Positions 1 through 7,784 of a DNA stretch of 11,741 nucleotides are shown here, piece after piece. This DNA is from Chthonomonadales bacterium (lineage in GTDB: Bacteria > Armatimonadota > Chthonomonadetes > Chthonomonadales > CAJBBX01). The first letter of the stretch is position 1. The number at the start of each line of letters is the position of its first letter. A model generated the notes under the pieces. It saw nothing but the letters and a program-made list of their open reading frames with translations, made no database searches and had not been told where the DNA came from. Both the position numbers and the translations under genes were made by a program. Location of the stretch: NCBI GenBank assembly GCA_037443035.1, contig JBBIPC010000018.1, positions 72,060 to 83,800 on the forward strand, read 5' to 3'.

Positions 1-266
1 TCGGCTGCCCCTGCGTCTGCCTGTCCTGCGTCTTCTTGGGCCGCCGCTCCGGCCGCGGCTGCGGTTTCGATAGGCATCGCCTTGGTCTCCACCGTCTCGA
101 CCGTCACGAGGTGCTTGACGGCGTTGACCATTCCGCGCACCTGGGGATTGTCGGGATGCACTACCGTCTTGTGCATGCGGCCCAGGCCAAGTGCACGTAT
201 GGTCCTCTTCTGGCGCTCGGCAAAGCCAATGGGGCTCCTCCGGAGCGTCACTCTAAGCTTCGCCAT
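1..266 (-). CDS. rpmD: 50S ribosomal protein L30 (uL30), 3'-partial, with Ala-rich C-terminal extension
   Basis: Translated by hand (not in the ORF track): ATG at 266, [57 protein letters not shown]..., with typical L30 motifs. GGAGG SD at 273-277. Follows rpsE with a 14-nt overlap. No stop before the window edge. Confidence 0.96.
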   Translation of the reverse strand, partial: MAKLRVTLRRSPIGFAERQKRTIRALGLGRMHKTVVHPDNPQVRGMVNAVKHLVTVETVETKAMPIETAAAAGAAAQEDAGQADAGAA

Positions 267-810
267 GTTCCGCCTCCACGACAGGTGCCGTCTCCTCGCT
301 TTCTGCAAGCCAGGGCACCATCTGCCGAACACTCTTCCCGCGCATTCGCGCCACCTCTTCGGGTTGCTTGAGCATCCTGAGTGCGCGCATGGTGGCCCAG
401 GCGATATTGATCGCATTGGAGGACCCTAGGGACTTGCCCAGTACATCGTTGATCCCAGCGAGCTCCAGTATGGTACGCACCGAGCTCCCGGCAACTATAC
501 CGGTACCGGGCGAAGCGGGTTTCAGGAGCACTTCTGCAGCGCCGTGATGCGCCAGCACCTCATGCGGGATGGTTGTCCCCGCAATGGGCACTTCGATCAT
601 GTTTTTCTTTGCGTCTTCCACCCCTTTGCGTATGGCATCGGGAATGGCACGCGCCTTTCCCAGGCCGGCGCCGACCCTTCCATTGCGGTCGCCGACAACC
701 ACGAGCACATTCCAGCTCATTGTCCGGCCGCCCTTGTGGGTCTTCTGGACCTTGTTGGTGCGCACCACGCGTTCTTCAAGGTTCAGCGTATCTGCAGCGA
801 TCCTCGCCAT
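253..810 (-). CDS. rpsE: 30S ribosomal protein S5 (uS5)
   Basis: KGGR, VVVGD, PASPGTG and KSLGS motifs. Start moved from 843 to the ATG at 810 (MARIAAD), 1 nt after the rplR stop, with GGAG at 818-821. Confidence 0.97.
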   Translation of the reverse strand: MARIAADTLNLEERVVRTNKVQKTHKGGRTMSWNVLVVVGDRNGRVGAGLGKARAIPDAIRKGVEDAKKNMIEVPIAGTTIPHEVLAHHGAAEVLLKPASPGTGIVAGSSVRTILELAGINDVLGKSLGSSNAINIAWATMRALRMLKQPEEVARMRGKSVRQMVPWLAESEETAPVVEAEHGEA

Positions 811-811
811 G

Positions 812-1165
812 TCAGAACTCCAATCCGCCTTCGCGCGCGGCATCGGCCAAGGATTTCACGCGGCCATGGTACTTGTAGCCACCCCTGTCGAACACCACGC
901 GGTTGATGCCCTTCTCGATGGCACGAGCTGCGATCAGCGCGCCCACCTGTCTCGCTCCTTCGATATTGCCACCTGAGGTGGAACGGAGCGATGGATCGAG
1001 TGACGACGCTGCTGCCAGCGTCACACCCGCATCGTCGTCGATGAGCTGCGCGTAGATGTGCCGGATACTACGGAACACGTTCAACCGCGGCCGCTCTGCC
1101 GTGCCGCTTACTTTCGCTCTGACGCGCCTATGACGCTTCAGACGCAGTGTCTGTTTCCTATTCAT
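812..1165 (-). CDS. rplR: 50S ribosomal protein L18 (uL18)
   Basis: [23 protein letters not shown] and AREGGLEF motifs; operon position. Confidence 0.98.
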   Translation of the reverse strand: MNRKQTLRLKRHRRVRAKVSGTAERPRLNVFRSIRHIYAQLIDDDAGVTLAAASSLDPSLRSTSGGNIEGARQVGALIAARAIEKGINRVVFDRGGYKYHGRVKSLADAAREGGLEF

Positions 1166-1289
1166 GCTTCAGCCTGTCCTCGTCAAGCAGATTGCCGACC
1201 TGCCTGCCTGTGGGTAATACTCGACGCGAAAGGTAAGTATACCTTCGACCGCAACACCGCTATGGGGCATCCGACAGACCATGGGCGCC

Positions 1290-1853
1290 TTACTTGCCAC
1301 CGCCCTTGCTGGTCTTGCCAGCCTTGCGCCTGACCGCCTCGCCGCGATAGCGGATCCCCTTGCCCTTGTAAGGCTCTGGTGGACGAAGGCCACGGATCTG
1401 GGCCGCGATCGTCCCGACCAGCTCCTTGTCTATACCGCGAATGACAACAAACGGAAGACGTGTTTGCTGTTCCTGACCGGCCTCGAACTCGATGCCCGGC
1501 GGTGGGGCGATTTCGATTCCGTGCGACAGTCCCACAGTAAGAGCAAGGTTCTTGCCAGCCATACTCGCTCTGTAGCCGGTGCCATACACCTCCAGGATGC
1601 GCGAGTAACCGTTCGTCACCCCTTCGATCATGTTTGCGATGAGGGTGCGAGTAAGCCCATGTGCCGCCCGAGCAGCTTTCGAGTCGTCACGCCTCTCGAC
1701 GAGCAGGGCATCGCCCTCCTGCCGCAGTTCGATGAGTGGCGACATGGTGCGCGTGAGGATGCCCTTCGGTCCTTTCACGGTTACCTTGCCGACCTCATGG
1801 GTTATCTCCACCGCTTTGGGTACGGGAATGGGACGCTTTCCTATACGGGACAT
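1290..1853 (-). CDS. rplF: 50S ribosomal protein L6 (uL6)
   Basis: MSRIGKRPI, KGPKG and PEPYKGKGIRY motifs. TAAGGAG SD overlaps the rpsH stop. Confidence 0.98.
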   Translation of the reverse strand: MSRIGKRPIPVPKAVEITHEVGKVTVKGPKGILTRTMSPLIELRQEGDALLVERRDDSKAARAAHGLTRTLIANMIEGVTNGYSRILEVYGTGYRASMAGKNLALTVGLSHGIEIAPPPGIEFEAGQEQQTRLPFVVIRGIDKELVGTIAAQIRGLRPPEPYKGKGIRYRGEAVRRKAGKTSKGGGK

Positions 1854-1863
1854 GGGTTTCTCC

Positions 1864-2265
1864 TTACCAGACGTAACAGAGGACTTCGCCGCCTATGCCC
1901 TTGGCCCGTGCGTCTTTGTCCGTCATGACGCCCTTCGACGTCGTCAGGATCGCGATACCCAATCCACGAAGGACGCGCGGCAGCTTGTCCTTTCCTGTGT
2001 AGACGCGGAGGCCAGGCTTGCTCACGCGCTTTAGGTCTGTAATCGCGCGCTCCCGCTGGGGACCATACCGGAGGTAGATCTTGATACGGTCCTGCTTGGG
2101 ATCTCGGGTGATATCGAACCCCTTGATGAACCCTTCCCGGTGGAGGATCTTCACAATCTCCAGCTTGAGCCTACTACTGGCGACCTCGGTCGACTCGTGG
2201 TAGGCCATGTTGGCGTTCCTGATGCGCGTCAGCAGGTCGGCGACGGGATCGGTCGTGTATGCCAT
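1864..2265 (-). CDS. rpsH: 30S ribosomal protein S8 (uS8)
   Basis: [21 protein letters not shown] and GGEVLCYVW motifs. Confidence 0.98.
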   Translation of the reverse strand: MAYTTDPVADLLTRIRNANMAYHESTEVASSRLKLEIVKILHREGFIKGFDITRDPKQDRIKIYLRYGPQRERAITDLKRVSKPGLRVYTGKDKLPRVLRGLGIAILTTSKGVMTDKDARAKGIGGEVLCYVW

Positions 2266-2277
2266 GCCGATTCTCCC

Positions 2278-2463
2278 CTACCAACTCGACTTCGTGACGC
2301 CGGGAAGCAGTCCCCTCAGGGCCATTTCCCGGATGCAGATGCGGCACAAACCAAACTTACGGTGCACCCCTCGCGCTCGGCCACAAACGGAACAGCGCGT
2401 ATAGGCACGCACGCCGAACTTCGGCTTTCGCAGCGCTTTAGCGATGAGACACTTCTTTGCCAT
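2278..2463 (-). CDS. rpsN: 30S ribosomal protein S14, zinc-binding short type Z (uS14, 61 aa)
   Basis: CSVC...CRIC zinc ribbon, PGVTKSSW end, 61-aa length of the C+ form; GGGAGGGA SD at 2471-2478. Confidence 0.97.
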   Translation of the reverse strand: MAKKCLIAKALRKPKFGVRAYTRCSVCGRARGVHRKFGLCRICIREMALRGLLPGVTKSSW

Positions 2464-2483
2464 GGTGTATTCCCTCCCGTCGG

Positions 2484-2504
2484 ATCCCGGCCATCAGCCG
2501 GAAT
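2484..2504 (-). promoter_or_regulatory. Intergenic 8-bp stem-loop between the EF-G paralogue and rpsN (no U-tract)
   Basis: mRNA reads AUUCCGGC-UGAUG-GCCGGGAU (7 Watson-Crick pairs and 1 G-U pair), ending just upstream of the rpsN SD. Function is inferred only. Confidence 0.4.
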
Positions 2505-2517
2505 GGTAACGTGGCGG

Positions 2518-4593
2518 CTATGATTGCTCCTTGCTCTTCTGGTATTCCGCGATGATCTGCTGGGCGATGTGAGCCGGTACCTCTTCATAATGGGACGGCT
2601 CGATCTCGAAAACGCCGCGGCCACGGCTGATGGAGCGGAGGTCAATGGCGTACCTTAGCATCTCCGCCTGTGGCACGTTCGCTTTGACCTTCACACGTCC
2701 CCCGGGCACCGGCTCCGTGCCGAGGATCCTGCCCCGCTTACCCGAAAGATCGCCCATGACGTCGCCCAACATGCTTTCAGGAACAGTCACAGTCACGGTG
2801 ACAATGGGCTCGAGGATTACGGGGTTCGCCTTCGGCGCAACGTTGTTGAACGCAATGATCCCTGCCATCTTGAAGGCTTGTTCCGAGGAGTCCACTTCAT
2901 GGTACGAGCCGTCATAGCAGGTGCATCGAATGTCCACCATCGGGTTCCCAGACAGGACCCCGTTGGCCATGGCCTCCACAACCCCCTTCTCCACCGCGGG
3001 TATGTACTGCCTGGGGATCGCTCCTCCAACGATGGCATCCACGAACTCGAAGCCTGCCCCCCGAGGCAACGGCTCCAATCGGATGTGGCAATCGCCATAC
3101 TGTCCTCGTCCGCCGGTCTGCTTCTTATGCCGTCCTTGTCCTTCGGCCTTGCTGAGGATGGTCTCGCGATACGGGACCTTGAGGGGCACGAGATCGACAT
3201 TGGCGCCGAACTTGCGCAGCTTCTCCACGACGATGCTCAGATGGGTCTCTCCCATGCCGCTAAGCACCGTCTGCCCCGTCTCCTGGTCACGACGGTAAGT
3301 GAAGCTGGGGTCCTCAGCAGCCACACGCTGAAGGGCAGGGCCGAGCTTGTCCTCGTCCACCTTTGTCTTTGGCGTCACTGCCACTTCGTAGATCGGTCGC
3401 GCGAACTCCACCGGAGGCAACACGATGGGCTTGGCCGCATCGCAGAGGGTATCGCCTGTCCGAGTAGCCCCGAGCTTGGCCACAGCGCCGATATCGCCCG
3501 CACCCAGTTCGGAAACAGCCTCTTGGTTCTTGCCGCGCACAACGTAGAGCTGTCCGATACGCTCATCCTTGCCGCTAACGGAGTTCAGCACATGGCTGTC
3601 CGAACGAACGACACCGGAAAAAACCCGGAAGTAGGTGAGTTGACCGACGAACGGGTCCGCCAGTGTCTTGAAGACCAGCGCGCAGAAGGGGTCGTCGTCG
3701 GAGGGATTACGCACTGTCTCGGAGCCGTCTCGCGTCGTCCCTCGAACCGGCCCGGCTTCGAGCGGACTCGGACAGGCCGCAACGATGAAGTTCATCAGCG
3801 CCGCCGCTCCCATGTTTCTCGCAGCAGCACCGCACAGCACGGGTACTACCTTTCCCGCCACCACGCCGGCTCGAAGCCCCCGGATGATCTCCTCGTTGGA
3901 GAGGTCCTCGGTCTCGAAGTACTTCTCGATGAGTTCGTCATCACCCTCGGCCGCAGATTCCACTAACATACTGCGGAAACGAGCTACCGTGTCTGCCATT
4001 TCCTCGGGTATAGGCACCTCGTTGAACTCGCGACCGACGCCCTCGTATGCCTTCATCTGTATGAGGTCCACGATTCCCCGGAAGCGCTCTGCCTGACCGA
4101 TGGGGATCTGCACAGGCGCGATGGCGCTCCCATGCACCTCGCGCAGCTTCTCCACGACGGACATGTAGTCGGCGTTCTCCCGGTCCATACGCGAGACGAA
4201 GACCACCCGTGGTCGCCCTGCCTCCACGGCGTGTTGCCATGCGATCTCGAAGCCGACTTCGATGTCCCCCTGAGCTGGCGTGACAAGGACCGCTGTTTCC
4301 ACCACCCGCAGAGCGATCCGAACTTCGCCCTCGAAGTCAAGGTAGCCCGGAACGTCCACGACGTTGAGCTTGGAGTTGCCCCACTCGCAGGGCGCCAAAC
4401 CGATGTTGATGCTGATATTGCGGCGTATCTCTTCGGGGTCGAAGTCCGTGGTGGCAGTTCCATCATCGGTACGCCCCATACGATCGATGGCGCCAGCCGT
4501 GAGCAGCATAGCCTCCGCCAGCGTTGTCTTGCCGCTGCCTTGATGTCCGAACAGACCAACGTTGCGGATTGTCTGAGCGGGGTGTTTCCTCAT
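2518..4593 (-). CDS. fusA2: Elongation factor G paralogue (EF-G2 / EFG II-type translational GTPase), 691 aa
   Basis: Full EF-G architecture: G1 GHQGSGKTT, switch I TDFDPEEIRRNISI, G3 DVPGYLDF, G4 SRMD, domain III EDPSF and SGMGETHL, domain IV VPYRETI, HKKQTGGRGQY and DGSYHEVDSSEQAF, domain V LEPI. The G-motifs differ from housekeeping EF-G (AHIDAGKTT, RGITI, DTPGHVDF, NKMD). Confidence 0.93.
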   Translation of the reverse strand: MRKHPAQTIRNVGLFGHQGSGKTTLAEAMLLTAGAIDRMGRTDDGTATTDFDPEEIRRNISINIGLAPCEWGNSKLNVVDVPGYLDFEGEVRIALRVVETAVLVTPAQGDIEVGFEIAWQHAVEAGRPRVVFVSRMDRENADYMSVVEKLREVHGSAIAPVQIPIGQAERFRGIVDLIQMKAYEGVGREFNEVPIPEEMADTVARFRSMLVESAAEGDDELIEKYFETEDLSNEEIIRGLRAGVVAGKVVPVLCGAAARNMGAAALMNFIVAACPSPLEAGPVRGTTRDGSETVRNPSDDDPFCALVFKTLADPFVGQLTYFRVFSGVVRSDSHVLNSVSGKDERIGQLYVVRGKNQEAVSELGAGDIGAVAKLGATRTGDTLCDAAKPIVLPPVEFARPIYEVAVTPKTKVDEDKLGPALQRVAAEDPSFTYRRDQETGQTVLSGMGETHLSIVVEKLRKFGANVDLVPLKVPYRETILSKAEGQGRHKKQTGGRGQYGDCHIRLEPLPRGAGFEFVDAIVGGAIPRQYIPAVEKGVVEAMANGVLSGNPMVDIRCTCYDGSYHEVDSSEQAFKMAGIIAFNNVAPKANPVILEPIVTVTVTVPESMLGDVMGDLSGKRGRILGTEPVPGGRVKVKANVPQAEMLRYAIDLRSISRGRGVFEIEPSHYEEVPAHIAQQIIAEYQKSKEQS

Positions 4594-4636
4594 GAGCTAA
4601 CCTGTCCTTGTTCGCTTCGAGACTTCGTCGTGCACG

Positions 4637-5188
4637 CTACTTCTGACGGAACGGCATGCCGAGGCCACGGAGCAGAGCCCTGGCCTCCTCATCCGTTCGT
4701 GCCGATGTGCAGATGATGATATCCATGCCGCGCACGCGGTCAATCTTGTCGTACTCGATTTCGGGAAACAGCAGCTGCTCGCGGACGCCTGTGGCGAAGT
4801 TGCCCCTGCCATCGAACGAGTTGGGGCTGATGCCCTGGAAGTCACGAACTCGCGGCAGTGCCGTCGAGATGAAGCGATCGAGAAACTCGTACATCCGCTC
4901 GCCACGCAGCGTAACCTTGCATCCGATCCGCGCCCCTGCACGTATCTTGAAGTTCGATATGGACTTCTTTGCACGAGTGACGCAGGGTCGCTGACCGGCG
5001 ATCAGGCTCATGTCCCGCATGGCGTTGTCGAGCAGCTTCGGATCTCCGCCGGTTTGGCCGGCCTGCCCAACGCCCATGTTCAAGACGATCTTCTGCAGCC
5101 GCGGTATCTGCATGACGTTCTTGTAGCCGAACTCCGCCATGAGAGCCGGGGCGACTTTCGTCTTATACAGTTCCTTCAAACGAGCCAT
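4637..5188 (-). CDS. rplE: 50S ribosomal protein L5 (uL5)
   Basis: [30 protein letters not shown] and RGMDI motifs. Confidence 0.98.
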   Translation of the reverse strand: MARLKELYKTKVAPALMAEFGYKNVMQIPRLQKIVLNMGVGQAGQTGGDPKLLDNAMRDMSLIAGQRPCVTRAKKSISNFKIRAGARIGCKVTLRGERMYEFLDRFISTALPRVRDFQGISPNSFDGRGNFATGVREQLLFPEIEYDKIDRVRGMDIIICTSARTDEEARALLRGLGMPFRQK

Positions 5189-5213
5189 ATTCGGTAATCC
5201 TTCGATGTTCGCC

Positions 5214-5615
5214 CTAGTCGAGCGACTTGCCGCAGTCGGGATGCTTGCAGACCCGGTACTTGCGATGCGCAGGCTTGCCCTCGCCTGGATGATAGGCGTA
5301 GCCTACACGGGTCGGACGCTGGCACTGCGGACAGACAATCATTACCTTGGGTGCGTACAGCGGCGCTGGCTTCTCGATCCGGCCGCCCTCCTGAAGCTGC
5401 TGGACGCCCGAGCGTGTGGTCCGGCCACTCTGCCTAGCCTTCTGGTGCTTTATAATGATGTTCACACCTTCGACGAGGACCTTGTTCACCTTTGGATAGG
5501 CATGCAGCACCCGTCCTCGTTTTCCTTTGTCCTTGCCGGCAATGACCTGAACCTCGTCGCCACGTTTGATACGCAGCTTCGCGGCGTACTCGCCCGGCTT
5601 ATACTTGGTCGGCAT
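5214..5615 (-). CDS. rplX: 50S ribosomal protein L24 (uL24), with four Cys in CPQC and CKHPDC
   Basis: KOW motif [19 protein letters not shown] and VEGVN. Start overlaps the rplN stop (TGATG). Confidence 0.97.
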   Translation of the reverse strand: MPTKYKPGEYAAKLRIKRGDEVQVIAGKDKGKRGRVLHAYPKVNKVLVEGVNIIIKHQKARQSGRTTRSGVQQLQEGGRIEKPAPLYAPKVMIVCPQCQRPTRVGYAYHPGEGKPAHRKYRVCKHPDCGKSLD

Positions 5616-5983
5616 CAGAGCACCTCCGGAGCAAGCGAGATGATCTTCATGAAGTTGCGGTCGCGCAGCTCTCGCGCCACCGGGCCAAAGACGCGGGTGC
5701 CACGCGGCTCGCCGCTGTTGTCCAGCACGACACAGGCGTTGTCATCGAACCGAAGCACGGAGCCATCAGGCCGCCGCACAGGCTGTCGGGTCCGCACCAC
5801 AACGCACTTCACGATGTCGCTCTTCTTGACTTGCTGGCCCGGCGTGGCGGACTTGACGACCCCCACGATGATGTCGCCCACCCGCGCCGCCTTAGCGTTG
5901 GAGCCCTTCAGGACGCGCACGCACATGATCTCACGAGCGCCACTGTTGTCGGCTGCACGCAGCCGTGTGTATGGTCGTACCAT
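5615..5983 (-). CDS. rplN: 50S ribosomal protein L14 (uL14)
   Basis: [23 protein letters not shown] and SLAPEVL motifs; 122 aa. Confidence 0.98.
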   Translation of the reverse strand: MVRPYTRLRAADNSGAREIMCVRVLKGSNAKAARVGDIIVGVVKSATPGQQVKKSDIVKCVVVRTRQPVRRPDGSVLRFDDNACVVLDNSGEPRGTRVFGPVARELRDRNFMKIISLAPEVL

Positions 5984-5997
5984 GTCGTCCTCTCAGA

Positions 5998-6300
5998 TCA
6001 CTTGGCTTTCTCGACGATGCGCACGACACGCCAGCGCTTCTCCTTCGAGATGGGCCTTGTCTCCATAATCTCGACACGATCGCCAACGCTGCATTGGTTG
6101 CCCGGGTCGTGCGCCTTGAAACGAGTCGTGCGCCGAACGATCTTGCTGTAGAGCGGGTGGCGCATACGGGTCTCGATGGCGACCACCACCGTGGAGACCA
6201 TGCGGTCGCTGATGACCGTGCCGATGCGCGTCTTTCGGCGCCCGCGAGCCTTCTCCGGCTGGTTCACGCCTCCGCTCATCTCGTCTGTCGTCTCCGCCAT
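5998..6300 (-). CDS. rpsQ: 30S ribosomal protein S17 (uS17)
   Basis: [17 protein letters not shown] and [11 protein letters not shown] motifs; GGAGG at 6311-6315. Confidence 0.97.
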   Translation of the reverse strand: MAETTDEMSGGVNQPEKARGRRKTRIGTVISDRMVSTVVVAIETRMRHPLYSKIVRRTTRFKAHDPGNQCSVGDRVEIMETRPISKEKRWRVVRIVEKAK

Positions 6301-6303
6301 GTC

Positions 6304-6528
6304 TTACTCGCCTCCGGCCGCGCGTGCACGTTCGCGCATGATGGTCAGTATTCGAGCAATCTCCTTCTTGCTCTCCGGGATTGCCGCCGTATTCTCGAGC
6401 TGTCGCGTCACGTTCTCGCGCCTCAATGTGAAGAGCCGCTCGCGCTGCCGCCGCAGTTCCTCGGCCAGTTCTCGATCGGTCAGATTCCTGAGCCTCTCAA
6501 GCCTTGTCCGTCTCTTCTCCTCGGCCAT
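6304..6528 (-). CDS. rpmC: 50S ribosomal protein L29 (uL29)
   Basis: [18 protein letters not shown] and KKEIARILT helical pattern; AGGAGG SD at 6535-6540; position between rplP and rpsQ. Confidence 0.95.
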   Translation of the reverse strand: MAEEKRRTRLERLRNLTDRELAEELRRQRERLFTLRRENVTRQLENTAAIPESKKEIARILTIMRERARAAGGE

Positions 6529-6994
6529 CGGGCGCCTCCTCTCCTGTATTCTCCGAAGCTACGTCGTCTGATGCCACGTGTTCTTCCGTGGTTCGCTTGA
6601 CGAACTTCACGTCAATCGGCAGCTTGTGGGATGCCAACCGCATAGCCTCGCGTGCCGTCTCTTCTGGAACGCCGGCCATCTCGAACAGTATCCGGCCCGG
6701 CTTCACTACGGCTACCCAGCCCTCGGGTGCCCCCTTGCCGGACCCCATGCGGGTCTCAGCGGGCTTCTTGGTATAGGGCTTATCGGGGAATATGCGGATC
6801 CAGACCTTGCCCACGCGCCGTACGTACCGGGTCATGGCAATACGCGCAGCCTCGATTTGGTTGGCCGTCAGCCAGCACGGTTCCAGGGCTTGGAGTCCGT
6901 ACTCGCCGAAGTGGACGGTGTTGCCGGACGTAGCCTTGCCGCGCATGCTGCCACGATGTTGTTTCCGGTACTTGACGCGCTTTGGCATCAACAT
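6497..6994 (-). CDS. rplP: 50S ribosomal protein L16 (uL16)
   Basis: [28 protein letters not shown] and KLP motifs. Start overlaps the rpsC stop (TAATG). Confidence 0.98.
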   Translation of the reverse strand: MLMPKRVKYRKQHRGSMRGKATSGNTVHFGEYGLQALEPCWLTANQIEAARIAMTRYVRRVGKVWIRIFPDKPYTKKPAETRMGSGKGAPEGWVAVVKPGRILFEMAGVPEETAREAMRLASHKLPIDVKFVKRTTEEHVASDDVASENTGEEAPDGRGEETDKA

Positions 6995-7770
6995 TATTCG
7001 GTTCCTCCTGTCGCACCGGTACCCCGACGACGACCGCGAGCGCTGCTACCCCGGCCGCGTCCGCCTCCATCGCCGCGGGTGGTTCTGTCCGCCCGCAGAG
7101 CCTCTCTCTTGGGCACAATTTCCGACTCGGTCAACCGTTCGCTGCCCGGCAACACGTCGCCCTTGTAAATCCATACCTTGATGCCGATATTGCCGTAGGT
7201 CGTCGCCCCCTCGGCGAAGCCGTAATCTATGTCGGCGCGAAGGGTGTGCAGGGGTATCTTCCCCTCACGCATGTGCTCTCTGCGAGCCATCTCTGCGCCT
7301 CCCAGGCGGCCGGCGCATGATACGCGAATGCCCTTCACTCCAAGCCGAATGGCGCGGACAATCGCCTGTCGCATGGCACGTTTGTAGGCCACTCGCTTGC
7401 TGATCTGCTGCGCGATCGAATCGGCGACAAGTTGGGCGTCAATGTCGGGATAGCGGATCTCTCGGATATCCACATGGACGCTCCGTTTGATGAGCTTCTC
7501 GAGTCCAGTGCGTACGTCATCGATCCCCTTTCCGCCCTTGCCGATGAGCATGCCTGGCCGCGCGGTGTGGATGATGACAGACATGGAGCCGCCTTTGCGC
7601 TCTATCTCGACGCGAGACACACCGGCTTGCGAGAGATTCTTGCGGATCCACTGCCGGACCATGTGGTCCTCGCGCACGCCATCCGCGTAGCCCTTGCCAC
7701 GATACCAGCGGCTGTCCCACAGGCGAATGACGCCTACGCGAAAGCCGATCGGATGTACTTTCTGACCCAA
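6994..7770 (-). CDS. rpsC: 30S ribosomal protein S3 (uS3), TTG start
   Basis: [13 protein letters not shown] motif [19 protein letters not shown] and [19 protein letters not shown] at 7778-7783 supports the TTG start. Confidence 0.98.
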   Translation of the reverse strand: MGQKVHPIGFRVGVIRLWDSRWYRGKGYADGVREDHMVRQWIRKNLSQAGVSRVEIERKGGSMSVIIHTARPGMLIGKGGKGIDDVRTGLEKLIKRSVHVDIREIRYPDIDAQLVADSIAQQISKRVAYKRAMRQAIVRAIRLGVKGIRVSCAGRLGGAEMARREHMREGKIPLHTLRADIDYGFAEGATTYGNIGIKVWIYKGDVLPGSERLTESEIVPKREALRADRTTRGDGGGRGRGSSARGRRRGTGATGGTE

Positions 7771-7784
7771 AGCGTCTCTCCTTC

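Noticed and set aside
1..80. Arg/Gly-rich alternative minus frame ([21 protein letters not shown]) as the start of rplO
   Set aside because: No start codon with SD and no L15 RVGRG.GSG motif; it is an off-frame reading of the rpmD tail.
1169..1171. In-frame UGA upstream of rplR as a selenocysteine codon
   Set aside because: No evident SECIS-like hairpin directly downstream, and the upstream peptide does not resemble uL18 or a selenoprotein.
1192..1220. Plus-strand antisense promoter-like TTGCCG-N17-TAATAC
   Set aside because: The -10 lacks the conserved final T; too weak without TSS data.
2518..4593. EF-G paralogue as a TetM/TetO ribosomal protection protein, or as the housekeeping fusA
   Set aside because: It lacks the AHVDAGKT G1 and YSPVST loop of TetM/TetO and keeps the EF-G GSYHEVDSS motif. 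Its G motifs differ from housekeeping EF-G.
2464..4636. Recent mobile insertion of fusA2
   Set aside because: I saw no terminal inverted repeats, target-site duplication, transposase or obvious compositional shift.
4597..4974. 125-aa alternative minus-frame ORF overlapping rplE and stopping just before the fusA2 ATG
   Set aside because: Ser/Arg-rich off-frame reading of rplE, with no slippery site seen to support frameshifting.
5150..5213. E. coli-type S8-binding operator at the rplX-rplE junction
   Set aside because: I could not identify the helix by eye, and that element is known mainly from gammaproteobacteria; needs cmscan.
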